A DNA stretch of 64,000 nt, taken from contig NMRA01000096.1 in assembly GCA_002633005.1 (NCBI GenBank), positions 124,001 through 188,000 on the forward strand, given 5' to 3'. The notes beneath the pieces were generated by a model that saw only the letters and a list, made by a program, of their open reading frames with translations, did no database searches and was not told the origin of the DNA. Numbering within the stretch: position 1 is the first letter of the stretch; each line of letters opens with the position of its first letter. Positions 34,901-49,900 of this stretch are shown here, piece after piece. A program made the position numbers and the translations under genes. The stretch is from Phoronis australis. Its lineage: Eukaryota; Animalia; Phoronida.

Positions 34901-37900
34901 TAATTTTCGCAACTTGACTTTTCACCATCTTTAAAGACAGGAGTAACAACTGCCATCTTCCATTCTCTAGGAATTGTGGCTGTTTTTAAACTTAAATTCA
35001 TGATATTGGTAAGGGGCTCAGCTATTTGTTGAGACGCCAGTTTTAATAGTTTGGCATCAATGCTATCGATGCCACTGGCACTACTAGAGTTCAGAGTTTT
35101 TATTTGAATGTCTTGAAACTTAAATGATATTCCCTCTTGTATCTTGGGCGGGAGCTCAATAGTTGACATACTGAAATTCTCAGCAAGTTTTTGTCCAATG
35201 CCAGTAAAAAAAAGTCATTAAATGCATTTGCTACTTTACTTTTGTCCGAAACAAAATCGTTTCCAATTAGAAATTCATTTGTGACAGACTTGGATACTGT
35301 CCACCTTTCAACTGAGCTCATAAAACATACATAGGACAGTCGCACCAAATTCCTCTTTGGGCTTGTTGTGAATGCTCACAATTTTTCAAAATATTTGTCC
35401 AGTGGTAGCTCTATTACTGAACTTGGACATGAAAAAACATTAATTTGGGGCAGTACATTTCTTTTGCGGAAGAATGAGAAAATGAAATTGGTGACATTGT
35501 TTGCTGGTCAAAAAGTCTCTGGCTTGTAGAACACCAATTGGCACCACCACCTTTTTCCCAAACCGGCAACTGTGAACGCTTCTTACCAGTTGGGATTACA
35601 CCACCATTTACTGGACTTTGTGACTGGCTTCTTCAATGTTAAGGGATTAAGGAACAATGTTCAATGCTTGTTCATGGCAGCGTAATTTCTAGACCACTTT
35701 AGGCACTACAGACAATAAAAAGTAAACCACTCATCAGAAACTGAACTTTTCGCTGACTGCATGGTAATGATAAATTAGCAACAGAAGAAATGAGAGAAAA
35801 ATGGGCAACGCAACTGCTGTTCCCTTGTTGTGTCCCAGCCTATGCGTAAACCTGTTGATGTGTCACAACCTGTAATGTGTAATCTATGTATGGTCAAGTG
35901 TCCTAGAATTTGAACACGTTCATTAATGGACAAAATTGTCATTTTGTTCATGTTTTCAAATGCTCACTGTACTGCCATAAATTTTCATAATCTAGTTGTA
36001 TTTTCGATGAAAGGTGTACTATGTTAGGTTTCAAATGATGGAGTAATATGTTCTTTGTGTTAACTCTTGTTGAAAATTTTGATAAAGTAAAATTCCATTG
36101 TTCCGTCATATTGTGTTCTAATATAATGAAGAAACTTTACTGTCAACAAAATGTATGCCACCCTGCAGTAGAGCAATTTTCTGAGTAATCTTTAGTCCCG
36201 TCCACATAACATACTTTTAAGGAGAGCGTACCACACGCACGCATGCACCCACACACACCCCATCACACATACACATCCGATAACTGGGGTAAGGCAGAAG
36301 TTGTCACTCTGTGCATGACAATGAACAGCCGGCGCACAAAAGAAAACCTGTCTGTTATGTAACCACAGCTAATAATTACTTCCAACTTTTCCCAGGTTTG
36401 CAGCCACACAGGAATTAGAAGAGGCACAAGTTACCCTAGAACAAGTTAACCCACTTCAATAATGTGGAGTGAGTTTTCACAAAAGGCGCAAGTTGTGCTA
36501 GTTTAAATAACGTCCAAACTGAGCCCTCAAACTTAACGACAACTCGTTCCATGAGTAACTTGTTCTAAGATAACTCTCTGCGTGGCGGATAGCACTTTTA
36601 ATACGAATACAGTGAAACTTGAACAGTTGAGTGTTTGACAGATTCTTAGAACAGTTTAACTTACTTATTGGGTCTATTTCGCCAGCCATTACACCTGTCA
36701 ACCACGTTGATATAACGCCTTCTGAATCAAGTTCAAACTCTTTGCAGCTGTAAACGTTTCCCTGCAAATTGAGAATCTATTAATTGGCTGCAAAATCTCT
36801 GTTTGAACAAATATGCCACGCTATAACAGAGAGCATAATACTGACATTACAACAGTCAAGTCTCTTTGGGGCAAATTTAACTTCACCAACAGTTGCCTTT
36901 ATTAAAGAGATAGGCACAAGATTAAATACCCATAATTATAATAGATAAATCTCAGACCAACACAACAGCTCACAAGCAACACATTGCATAAACAGATTTA
37001 TAACCTAGTAAATTTGACACAAGACATCATAAACTAAAGACAATTTTGAATAGTCAATGTAAGTATCTGGCCTTGTAACTGCAGCCACAGTTGTTGCCAT
37101 TACCTAAAAACCCTGCGTTACCAAAAGAGTGGCACGCACTCTACGCAAATTGACTTTTCTTTGGGATTGTCTTCAGTATAGTCTGTGTCTGGTGTAAACA
37201 ACTTGTTCTGAGGCTAGGGATCGAGAATCCACTTTTGGTCCCAGGCCAAGTTGTATGAACAATACAATCCAATAATATACAAGGGCGAAAAAGTCCGGGT
37301 GTAAACCGTGACTTACTTCAAAACACAATATCTCAAAAATGGATGACTGGATTTAACTTTCAGATACTGTGCTTTATGCAATTTTCTCTAAAATTCTGTA
37401 ACAAAATGGTCTTATGCTTCAAGTTTGAATGAGATGCTATAGAAAACAGACACCTTTCCAGATCTCGACATTTTCATTACTAAACCCATGAGCTGTGTAT
37501 ATTCACCTGCATAAACAAACTCATGATCGAGCTACTAGTAATGAAAATGTTGAGATCTTGCGCTGAGAAAAGAACTGGTTTGAGAGAGGTGTACTGGAGG
37601 CTATTTACATCATAAGGCCTACAGCTTTCTCTCAACAAACCAGGTAGCAACGAGAGTATACAGGCAATTTAGGGATCCCACGTGACCAGATTTCCCAAGA
37701 CTCACCACAGTCAAAATCCCATCGAAGGAGACGAGAGGTCTCCGAAGATCTAGGAAATCAAAAAACTGAGGTAACTTAGCAGAGCATTTTTATGCTAGTT
37801 AAAACCGAGCTGAGGAGCTTGAAACCTGACTCACCGGTTTAGCAGTGTGACCCAGTAGGATTCGAACCCACGATCTCGAGTAAAGAAAGCAGGTACTTAC

Positions 37901-40900
37901 CACACTAGGCCACACCGTCTTCTCCAGGAGCTGCAATTAGGCTATAGGATGTAATTTGTGTAGACGTTTCTCTGCGTTGCGAGTTTTTACAAAAATGGGC
38001 CAGTCTGTAGCCAACTACGGTAAACTCATAAAAGATTGCGTGCAGTGCAACTGAAGTTCATAAAAAGTAAAACTGGACTTCCAAACCACTAATTGATCTG
38101 ATTTGACATTTCACATAATATTTCAGAAGGACAATCATACTTAGTATCCTTTACGAAGGGGACCCTTTTGTTACATTACGAGTAAGATTGGTTCATCATG
38201 TACCCTAAAAGTGGTATAGGACTTTACAAAACCAGTTGAAGAATTTTGATTTTGTCATTAACGTTCGTTTGAAAGGCTTATATAGTTTGGAAATGTTAGG
38301 ACTTAGGCGGAAATTTAAAAAGCATTTGACTGTCCGCTTACAAAAATTTAACATTGAAGAATAAAAGCAACCTTCACACCCCTCTGGAGTTCCTGTTCCA
38401 TGTTTGCAAAGAAGTCGAAAACCCTGATTTGTTGGCTGTATTTTCACAGACTGCAATGTACTTGGCTAAGATGGTCTAGAGATTTTGTGCGGCATACAAT
38501 TGACATGAAATGAGTGTGTAACCTGCTGTTGAATTGCAAGATAGATTTTGAGTAGGCCAGTTGATTACTTCTGGAGTATTAATTAGATCTTTATTGATGT
38601 TAAAGGTTTCACCAGCATTGAATTTATTTGTACACGGATTTATAAATTGGCTAAATCAGTGATCCAAATCCCGCCGAAATGAACACATTCTGCTGAGATA
38701 GTAACAACCTGATTACAGCCAGCGAAGATGACTAATTTGGCTCATTCGCACACTAGACAATATGGCTGAAGTTCCTCATAAGGACAGGAGTGTATGAATC
38801 ACTATCTTTTGAAAGAATTAAGCACACAATTTTCGTCAAAAAATTTACCCGGTAATGTTCATCAAAAAGGAGTAAAGAACAATGGATATGTGAGATAGAA
38901 TTAAGTCAGTAGTAAGCCTACCAGAAGTTCTTAAAAAACACCCATCATCAAAATGTCTTGAGCATATATATAAAGAATTATTTTCATTAACGTTTATACA
39001 AGACGAGGTTTTTCTCCCACACCCGATTATGGGTTCTTCGTACGTTATGGAAGCAACACCTTTGCATTTCGTCTGTGTGGCCGAACAGCCAGCCACACAG
39101 CAACCAACCATGATTAGCAGACGACGTAGCTGCTGGAAACAACACCAGGTAATTTGGTCAGGTGATGCTAGTGAGTAATGATGTAACAGCTTGTGCGAAA
39201 CAGCACAGATTTCGATCATTAAAAGTATACCGACATGGCGGTTCATGACGTACCATAGTCTATGACTTCATGAAAGTATTCATAAGAGAATAGCCAACTG
39301 ATAAGTGATGTTATCCTGTTGGCATGGCAAACTTGTTTACAACTACTGTCTATATATAATACCTGTAATACCTGTCACGTACAGGATCATTGGGGATGCT
39401 GGTGCACTAATCCCCTCCCCAGACCATTCCCATGACAGCAGAAGGCGCAGAACTCCAGGGCTGATGTTGCCTGTAAGCATCTGATTTGACAACACTCAGG
39501 CACGGCTCTTCTTGTGACTCATAGCAGCATGGCCATAAATAATACCGGCTTCGAGCAGTCGGCTAACATCATTGAACTCAGCCAGTTGGGACGAAGTCTG
39601 CTCGAGGGTGCGTTTGTGGGCCAGCAGCTTAACATCAGCCGAATATAAGTAGAGAGGTTGGTTGGTGGTGCATGAGCCAGCGAGGTAATCTGCATGCTCA
39701 TTAATCAAGACACCGGGGAGGCCAGGTACGAAAGACCAGATCAATATATGATGAGGGTGGCGTGACTGGCTACTATCTACATTGAAAAGCCTTAATTCTT
39801 GGATGGGTGTGCAATTAGTTGGCAATTCGCAAGGGTCAAGGCTCATAAACCAGCAGGCAGCAAATTGGAATTGAGGAAAACCAAGTCAAGTGGCAAGTGT
39901 CTTCATACTGACATACATACAATTCTTGGCATGTTCATGAATCATTTTGCGCTTCCACAAACAGCAGTTTTGGGCCAGCTGAAACCATGAATTATTGAAT
40001 GAGTGTGCGACTTCACAAGAGACTGGCAAGATGTCTGGACCTTGTTGCATTCACGTCTCAGATTCTGCTCAAAATTGTGAGATCCAGGAATTTTCAGTTA
40101 TTATGTGGTCTAAGGCAAACAAATGGATCAACATTGAGTGCAAGAAAAGTATTATTGCTGAGCAGTTTTTAAGTTTTTGTGAAAAAACAGAGCTATTCTG
40201 TAATAATCAGTATTAGAGACACTTAATGGATGTATCAAATATTAAAACAGCTATTAAAAAAAGACCAAGCTGACGAAGGAAATGATGTTGAACCTACTAG
40301 AAAATTAAGAAGATTGTCACTGTCAGTTCCATTTAACAGTGCTCAAAGAAATGCATATGTGTTGTCACCACAATCTCACTTGGCACAAATTAAAGTCCAT
40401 CACAAACAAAAGAAAATTTGAAAAGCTATCCCATTTCCAAACATTCACTTGTAAATAGGCCTACCTATTCTTAATTTGAAAAAAAAACATTATTTGTGGT
40501 AAAAAATCTTTAGTTTAGGACAGAGAAAAAAAGAATTAGTTTGCTTGATAAATTTATACAGTATTAGCCATCCCAATCTTAAAGATACTGGCTGTAGTTT
40601 TTACCTACAGTGATCAGCTCTGCTCTTTATGAACTTCCAAGCCTATTTTCTGACCTTTTTATGTAAAAACATGATCTGCGTTTGGAATTTGAGAAATATA
40701 AAAATGCAAATATTGCATCTGTAATTCCTTATCTTGAAAATTCAAATGTTGCTCAGATTTTAGTGTCATTTTGGAGATTCTCGAATTGGAGAATTTTTTG
40801 TTTGAAAATTTTTACTCTTCCAATTATGTGCTATCTAAAACAGGAAGCATCAGTTCAAAAGAAATTTTAGCTCTACGGTAAATAAGACGCTTTCCAATTT

Positions 40901-43900
40901 CACACAAAAACTATTGCCAAAATAACCATTCCTCTATTTTCAAAGGCTGAACTACAGTATTAAGGATGATAAAAATTTTCTATGTCTTAAATTGGCAACT
41001 GTACGGTGCAATCAATGCTAGTAATGTTGTTCATTTCTCTTCATGCTAACTTTTGCTGAGCACTTGACAAAATAAAATTTCACTTGTTGAAGAGCATTTT
41101 AGTTATCTGTTTTAATTAGTAAAAAGGATTACTGTAACATTTAGGCTGAACTGTTTAGATGAAACGCTATTCAGGTTGACAAAAAAAGTTTATTCTGGGT
41201 AGGGTGCGTTTGCATATATTTTTTAAACTTTGTTGTTAAATTTTTTAAGAGTGGTAAATTTTGTCGCATTTTCTTGTGTGGCGCCTCCGCAACTTCTAAG
41301 TTGATCAGTAATAATGTACAGCTAGGATTGGACAATACCATAACGGCAATAACCGCTAGATTAAAAACAACATGTCATGAAGGACCAATAACGATCAAGA
41401 ATTAGCAGCACAAACGACTATTGAGATGTAATGACTTAATTGTAGTCGTATTTATGCTTTGAATCATAAGTCATCAAGGAAAGAAGACTGGATCAGACCA
41501 GAGGCAAGAAGTCTGACAGTGATTCTCCAACAAGTTAATGCATTCGTGGTCATACAATTTCGACAAGTCAATGACCATATCAAAGACTGGGAACCAGGTA
41601 CACTCAAGTCATGACCAAACTGGACGTGGAGTTTTAGTTCCGGCATGCTTAGCAGTTTCAGATGAGTTGTGATTTTCACTTTGAGCGTTCGTAAACTTGT
41701 GATCGGCGGACATTACTCAACTGTACTTCAAGATAAGAAGGGATGAATACAACAGCTGATGAACACTCATTTGCATTTGAGTTGTCAATAACGCTCGAAA
41801 AGTATGTGCCCCCATTTTTTATACTTCCAGGACTTGTCGGAAACATCCTCATAATCAGTGTCATACTGAGTCAGCAACATGTGAAGCACAACCCGGGAAA
41901 CATTTTCATCGTAGTTCTTGCTCTTGCCGATCTGTTGGTTGTGGTGTGGGTCATGCCGATGTATATGGTTAACGCCTGGCTGGGGAATACTACCCTATTC
42001 AGCGATCAGCCCAGCATCTGTACTCTTCTAACTGTCATAAACTGGTTCTGTTGCGGACTGTCCGTCTACGACATGGTGTTGATTGCCATAAACCGCTTCA
42101 TCAAAGTGTGCCTAAGCCATCGATACAAAGCCATCTTCACAAAAACAAAAGTTGTCGGCATGGTATTGGTTGTAGCAATTTGCATTTTAATAATTCNGTG
42201 TACAACCCCATGGCAGAATGATTGGGTAGATTACAGAAGGTTGCAGTATATTCACGAATGGGCAAAACTTGAAACCATGACATGAGTGAGTGAACGTCAA
42301 TCAACGAGTCATTAAGCTATCAAGGCTCCGAAATGGTGAGCGAGTTAGTCAAGAAGATATAGTCGGACAATTTCTGAAACTGACTGTGAAATATTCATTC
42401 TGGCAGTGACAGTAAGTGGACTGTCAGTGACAACACCCAACTATCCAGGGGGAAACGTGATGGTGCTGAATTTACTGTGCACAGACTCACCAAGATTAAA
42501 GTAAATCCTGTTGTAAGTTCGTCTTTAATTCACCAGTAAATTTTTATTGTCCTTTTAGCTTTCTCTTTATCTTTTTGGCTTTCTGGGCTTGGAGTCTGAC
42601 CTTTGCACTCAAAATTATACTTTTTGTCATTTCCGTTCTACTTTTTTCCATATCCCAAGATGGTTACTAATTATTCTGTGCTCAAGTATAGTACAGTCGA
42701 GTATTTGGTTCAAGTTTGCAGTTGATGACCTTTAGAATCAAGTTTTTGAGGAAAAATTAGAGATTTTGAGCCTAAACCTCTAATGCCGAGGTAACCGAGT
42801 GCAAACAATACTCATGAACAGAATAAATGACAACTATCTGGAGTTGACACAAAAATAGAACGGAAAATGGCTCTAAATAAGTTCAAGCACAAAGAGATGA
42901 TCCTGTGGGTATTTTTGTGTCGTTTTGCGTTGAATTGTACTGTTAGTGTATTTAATGTATTTTAGTGAATCAATAAATCAATCTAATTGAGGCTGCTTAT
43001 GATCTACCACTGCGCCCCATGTTGATGGAGTACTGAAACTTTTATCTTCAATAATTCTCTAAAATAATTACACGTCAAATTTTCCTTCCATGCAATCTTT
43101 CACAACTAAAATTTGGTCCAAATTCGTCATCGCTAATAAGTTGATGTCAAAAGATTTATTTCATATTTTCATACCAACCACCGTGCAGGCTCAAATATTC
43201 TGAATGGCTCGAACATACTCGAGAAAGACTAATGTTTTTCACTCATATGTTTTACAAGTTTCGCGTGTCTTCGGAAAACACTCAGACACATGTGTTCAAC
43301 TTAAAAACACGTTACTCTCATGACATGGGACGAGATGAACAAATCGGAACGTAGAATTTGGTAATACGAGAACACTTCGTGTGTACTCCTTCCTATGCAC
43401 AAAAAACGCAGATGGTTAGGCAAGATCTGACCGCGACCACTGTCCCATCCGAGATGCAACTACATTATCCACAAGAGAAACACCGAAGGTTAACATGCAC
43501 CCACCGTTGCACTGCATACGCCGTCAAAACAAGCGATGATCATTATTTTAAACATTCCCACAGAACACACCAACGCTAGTTAATAGCCTGTAGAGGATGA
43601 AAAGCAAGTCAGAAATGCTCTCCTCAATAGGAACATACCTGCCACCTTTCATCACGATTCTTCACAAAGTTTGGAGGACAAGGAGGCAGAGGACAAAGAA
43701 CCAAACACATCAATATCGGTCAAAAAGACTGTATTGAGGCACTGGCAAAAAACAAAATTGCCACAATAGGGCGCCACAGAAGTTGGACCTGTTCAAAAAT
43801 TGCCTCCAACCATACAAATCCGTCAAGAAGAGTAAAAATAGCCACTTAAGGTGCCAGAAAATTCATTCAAAATCAACACCAAAAAATCAGTAAAAACTAG

Positions 43901-46900
43901 ATGGTGCAAGATGCCTAAAAATCATCCAAAAATGAGAAGGCGTCGTTGTCTCCTCAATAGATACCTTATCTGCAAAATTTCGTGAAAATTCATCCAGGAA
44001 CTCAACAAAGAAATAAAGGCAAACATAAAAAATAACAAAAAATAGACTAAAAAATTAAAATGGCCGCTAGTTGGTGCAGAATACGCCGAATCCATCACAA
44101 AAAGGAATAGGTGCTGTCGTCTTCATGATAGAAATTTGTTTGTTCAATTCCACGAAAAAGCATCAAAGAACTCTGACGTTACCGAGGCAAATGTGAAAAA
44201 TAAAATTCCACTAGGGAGCACAGCTGCAGTTGGATTGGTCTGAGACAGGTAGTCATCTGTAGCCATCTCCATAGGAACACATCTGCTACATTTCAGAAAG
44301 ATTTGCAAAGGGTAAAGGAGATACAGCCGTAATAAAATTTCCACTAGGGGGTGCCAGAGTAGTTGAGTATGTCCGATAATCAACGTCATCCTCGGTCTTT
44401 TCATCAGGAACACAACTCCAAATATTAATAATGATTCTTAAAATGGATGAATGATGGATGGAGTGGGCGATGCCAAATCCTATTCAAATTTTTTTAAAAT
44501 AGCCACCGAGTGGAGCAAAATACGTCAAATCAGCCAAAAAATGAGAAGGCGCCTATGTCTCCTTAAGGTTATCTCCAACCTTATTCACAAAAAATGGATA
44601 TTTTTACAATATTTCTCGTGTCTAGTAAAATACCTTATCTTCATTCTCGGGGAACTTCAAATACAAAATATATACTGCGTAGCGAGAAAAAAAAGATTTA
44701 GCAGAACCACTGGATATTTGTTTACTACTTATCCGAGGTCAAAGGTTAAAGGGCTTTCAATCAAATTGAATCTCCCGCCAGGTACAGAACAGCTTCGTAT
44801 ACCCTCAGTCCTTTCATTCACAAAATCGCCATAACACTGAGTAAACGAAGTGTACTTATGGTAGAATGGTGCTGGGAAAAACAAAGACAAAACGTAGTTT
44901 TGATCCTAAGGAAGTCGTGCGTCTACATGCATACGACCATTGGCGTTCAGAGAACAAATGCTACGGTCGCCTCAGGCCTCTGTGGTTATGAACACAGCAA
45001 ATTGTGAAAAGAGATAAATCCTCGCCCTAATTCCTTCATTTCAATGTTGCGGTCTCATGCTAACAGCATGCTTTAACCACCGATTCGATCTTTGTTATCC
45101 ATTTCTTTCTTGGTTTCGTATCAGTCTCCCAGTACGTGACGTGTACAGGCTTTGTGTATAACAATGAACTATGACCTATTTACATGTAAAAGTAGGTTAA
45201 ATGGTTGCAAACAACAGTTAGTTAGCTGGGAACGGTACGTTTTTAATTATAATTAAGTTAGTTACGCACTGCAAAATCAGTTGACATTGCAAGTGAATGT
45301 TGAAATACCGAACATATTTAGGGCTTGTATAGGTTATGTGTACCGAAAATAAGCTTTTACCGAATAATTAACCGAAGACTGTGAGATTTTCACTTGTCCC
45401 AGTTTAATCAGCTTTTTCTCGGCTTCGGCAAATTGACTTCATTTGAACTTAGAACACGAGTTCTCGAAAACGGCTCAGTGGATTTCGCTGAAACTTTCCA
45501 AATTAAATATTTTGTCATCAGTCTCAAAAACGCTGTTAGGATTTTTGATATGAAGGCCTTTTTTGCGTAATGAAACAAAGACGAATATGACTTCCGTTTT
45601 TTACAAAGATAACTTACGTTTTGCGAGTTGATTTGTTATAGAAACCAAACGAAAAGACTAATCGAAAATTCCTAATAGCGTTTTTGAGGTAACCGGTGAA
45701 GTTTTAATTTAAAAAAGTTTCATTAAATTGACCAAGGTGTTATTTTGCTATGAATGTACCTTTCTTAAAAATAAAATTTTCACCTAAAAAAGGTTTTTAC
45801 GTAAACATAATATTGGTAAATTAATACAAAAGGTATTTTCGTATTCCCTAAACTTTTTTATCTCAGAAAATATATACTTCTACTAGTTGACAAAGCTTAG
45901 TTTTTTTGATAAACGAGTTAGAATAGAGGCCACTAAATAAGGCTGCAGATAACCTTAATAGAAACCTATCGGCAAAATTTCACGATAATAAAAATGGACG
46001 CTATGCTTCGAATCTATCCGAAACTGGGAACCTGTAGACTCTTTCATGAAACCTGTTTATTAAATTTCATAAAAATCTGCCAAGGAGTTTCAGAGATACC
46101 GAGGAAAACAAAAAATAAAATTGCTACTAGGGGGGCACAACGGTAGTCGAATCCATCCCAGTGTTGTCGTTATCTGTAGTCAGCTTCATATAAATACACC
46201 TGCCAAATTTAATAAAGATCTTGCGGAGGGTTTGGGAGATACAGCCATAGACGCAAAATACAGACTAGGTTAACATATAAAACTAAAATTATCACTATGG
46301 GGCATACCAGTCGTCAGATTCGTCGTAAAGTGGAGGAACACATGTGCAAAATTTCATGAACAAACATCAAAGGGTTTTAGAGAGCAGCGGACGCCAGACG
46401 GACGACAGACGGACGCCGGACGGGCGACAGACGGACGACGAACAAAAGGGACAACAGCATAAAGCATCCACATATCTATATGGGTGCACAAAAAGTGAAT
46501 TCTACACAGCCACACTATATTCTTCCAAAAACTACTAATAGTATTTAGCCGAGACCAAGTGTGTACATGTGTAGATATGTACAGACTTAATTATAAGGTT
46601 ACTCATAACCTTTATGTCAGCACATTGCAAGACAATCAGATTGTGCAAGTCTCTGAGCAATTTGGAAAGTGTCCTGAAAAGAAAACACAATTAAGCCAAA
46701 CAAAACAGCATAACTGGTATAATCTCTGGCTTTTTGAATATTGACCTGTTACTTTTAAAATTTCCAAAATTACAGGTTTTAAAATGAGTCAGGTGCAGAG
46801 CAAAACCATTTGTGGTTTTTTTTGGCCTTAATGTACTTCCTCAACAATAAGATATGAAGTTTGAGTACTTACCGATTTGTAGTCAATATAGACCAGGGAA

Positions 46901-49900
46901 GGAATGGTTGGACTCTTTTCATAGGACATCAATATGTCCATGCCAAGTGACCCCTTGTCGTCATTTGGATTCACCTCACTGCAGTAAGAAAAAGCACTGA
47001 AATTGCTGCCTTCATTGTAGTTATTTAGAATAAATGGCAATCATTCAAAAAAGCCTTAATGCCATGGGGTTTTGTTAACATCAAAATATTTGAGTAAGTA
47101 CTAAGTGTCGCAGAATACGCTTGTATATCTTAGTCTGCTGGTAATTTTAGTCATTACATGAGTACATAACTTTCACTTCTTTATCTCATGTTGACTATCC
47201 CACTCATTCTCAGAGATCAATTAGTAATAATTCATGTTTTTAGAAGTATTAGAGCTGAGCTATCCGAATTAGTACATCTTATTTCAGGGGTTAATTCTTG
47301 TATCTCCAGTCTCTATATATATATATTTATCTAATTTGAGTCTCATTCAGTTGTTTTTCCGCCCTGAGGAGTAGTTGTTCTCCACACTGAGTTTTCCTCA
47401 TGTGACGGTCACTATCTTCAATACACTAGTCAAGACACAACAAAGAAGCTTTCCTCTGCGTGGCTACCTCAGCCAGATCCAACTAACAAACCTCTCAACT
47501 TACTGGCACACTAAGAAGATATTCTCTTTTATTTTCCAAACTAATTACCTAGACAGTTTCTGACAAGGAAACACTCATAGAAATGTTAAAATAAAAATTA
47601 AAAATTCAATTATCACCATTAATGCGCGTGATGCCAGAAATTATCACAAAGTTCCAAATTACGTCAGTGTTCTTACATGCTCATCCTGCCAAACACTACA
47701 TCGCTATGACGACCGGCCTGTGAAATTGTTGCCATGGTCTTTTCCACACGCCGTGTCTCGTCGCCCTCATTACCAAACACAATTATCACCTTTTGACTTC
47801 TGCTAAGTAAAGCTGGAAGATTCTGAGCAGTAAGCTCTGGCTATAACAAAATACAATGCAGGTATATAACGTTGAAGATTCGCAACGAGATAACAAGTCG
47901 AATGCCCAGTTTAAATAGCTCTTGAAATTTTAATGAAATTTTGTTTTACCAAGAGAATTGGTAGCAAATTCCACAGAATAAGGGACTATCTGGTTACTAT
48001 TCAAGAATTAGCCAGGAGAAATATCTCACTTTTGTTAACTTGGAAAAACAATTAGAAGAACGCTGGAGCGTTGGTATGCGCCCATGGGTTATCGCATACG
48101 ATATGATTCTAAGGGCCATTGGAGGTGCTGTATAAGTTGAATGAGCCCCAAAACCAAATAGTGCCTGCCCATTGTCATCATATACCGCTGAGTAAAGTTT
48201 TATTGAAATCTGTCAATCAGTTCTATAGATATAATCCAGAAACACACTTCCACCAAACAACACTTGAAAAGCCCCTTCTTGAGAACAAAATGGTGCCGGC
48301 ATTATAGTTATCATTATTTAGCTATGCAAAGTTTCATTCTAAATAGCACTTCAAAAACATAAGTCAAAAATATAATGGCCACTAAGAGGAGCTACAGTGG
48401 TTAAATCTGCCCTAAAGTTTAGTGGTACAAGCGCGTTGTCATCACAAACCTCTGTGTCAACTTTCTTTGAAAGCCTTCACTTAGTTAAATATCATTTGAA
48501 AATGCTCTCATTCAAAATGACCACTAGGAGGCAGTGCAGTAGTCAAATCCAGCCGAAAATCCAACAGTGCAAGTGCAATCTCATTTAATATACCTTTACG
48601 TCAATTTTCAATTAAATCTGCCACTTGGTTTTTTAAATATCATTTGGAAACACTCCCCAAACAACATTTCACAAACCAAGTTGAAACCAAAATGGCCACT
48701 AGGAGGTGCTACAGTGGTCAAATCTGCCCAAAGTTAATGATGCCACCACATTGTCATCACAAACCTCTGTGTCAACTTTCATCTAAAGTCTTCACTCTGT
48801 TCTCTAAATATCATTCAAAAACGCTCACACGTAAAATACCCACTAGAAGGCACTGCAGTTGTCGATCGAATCCGCCTGACAATCAAATGATGCCAGCTCA
48901 ATCGCATAATACACCGCAGTAAAGCTTCATTGAAATTTGTAAATTGGTTCTTTAACTATCATGCAGACATGCTCTTCTCTTAAATAACCCTTCAAAATCC
49001 GTTTCAAAAACAAAATGGCCACTAAGAGGTGCACTACAGTGGTCGAAACTTCCCAAAAATGTATTAGTGCTGCCACATTGTCATCACAGACCACTCTGCC
49101 AACTTTCGTTGAAATCTTTCACACAGGTCACTACATATCATCCGGAAATGCTCTTACACAAAATAGCCACTAGGAGGCACTACAGAAGGCGAATCTAGCC
49201 AAAAAATCAAATGGTGCCAGCGCATTCTCACCATATACGTGTGGGCCAACTTTCACCAATCAGTTCTCTAGATATCATCTGGAAACACCCTTCCGCCAAA
49301 CAACACTTAAAAAAATCCTTGTCGATAACAAAATGGTCACTATGTGCTACGCAGGGCTTCATTCAGTACACATCCTGGACATCAGACACCCAGGCTCAAA
49401 TTTGGATGTCCTGGCAAGGACGTCCAGAACAGCCTTAGGATGCCAAGTGCCAACGGAACACTGCTGGTTTGGATGCTGACTTACTTCAAGGGTGGATTTC
49501 GAACACCCAGTGCTAGTGCAATCGTCAACCGTATTACAAATCATGTAGACGGAAGCAACCACGCTCCCTCTTTGTTGATATTAATAACTGAACAAACCTG
49601 TACCTCAGCTTCAACAGTTGACCTACTATGCCCCTGTAACCAGTTTTAAGCTCATTCTCAATAGCAAAAACTGCCTATATAGTTATGATTGTAAACAAAC
49701 AGACCATTGACCGCATTCACCGCGCGTGACCAGAATATTGGAGGCAAACTAGCCAATGAATGACGGAATAACATAATGTTGTAGGCCTTGATTTGTTTAC
49801 ATCCACACAAACATATTTTTTCAAAACACTTAACAGACATGTTTTGAAAATCCAGCTTTTTTCAAATACCCACCCCGTCCGCATGTGGTATGTAATGTGA

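Noticed and set aside
34166-34949. Long ORFs spanning X runs
   Set aside because: Artefacts of the 410-N gap; only the reverse transcriptase frame is meaningful.
37849-37920. Functional tRNA gene
   Set aside because: A and B boxes present but acceptor and anticodon stems do not pair convincingly; treated as a SINE head.
42198-42285. C-terminal part of the 180-aa GPCR ORF
   Set aside because: Follows an N and has no transmembrane character; probably read-through into another contig.
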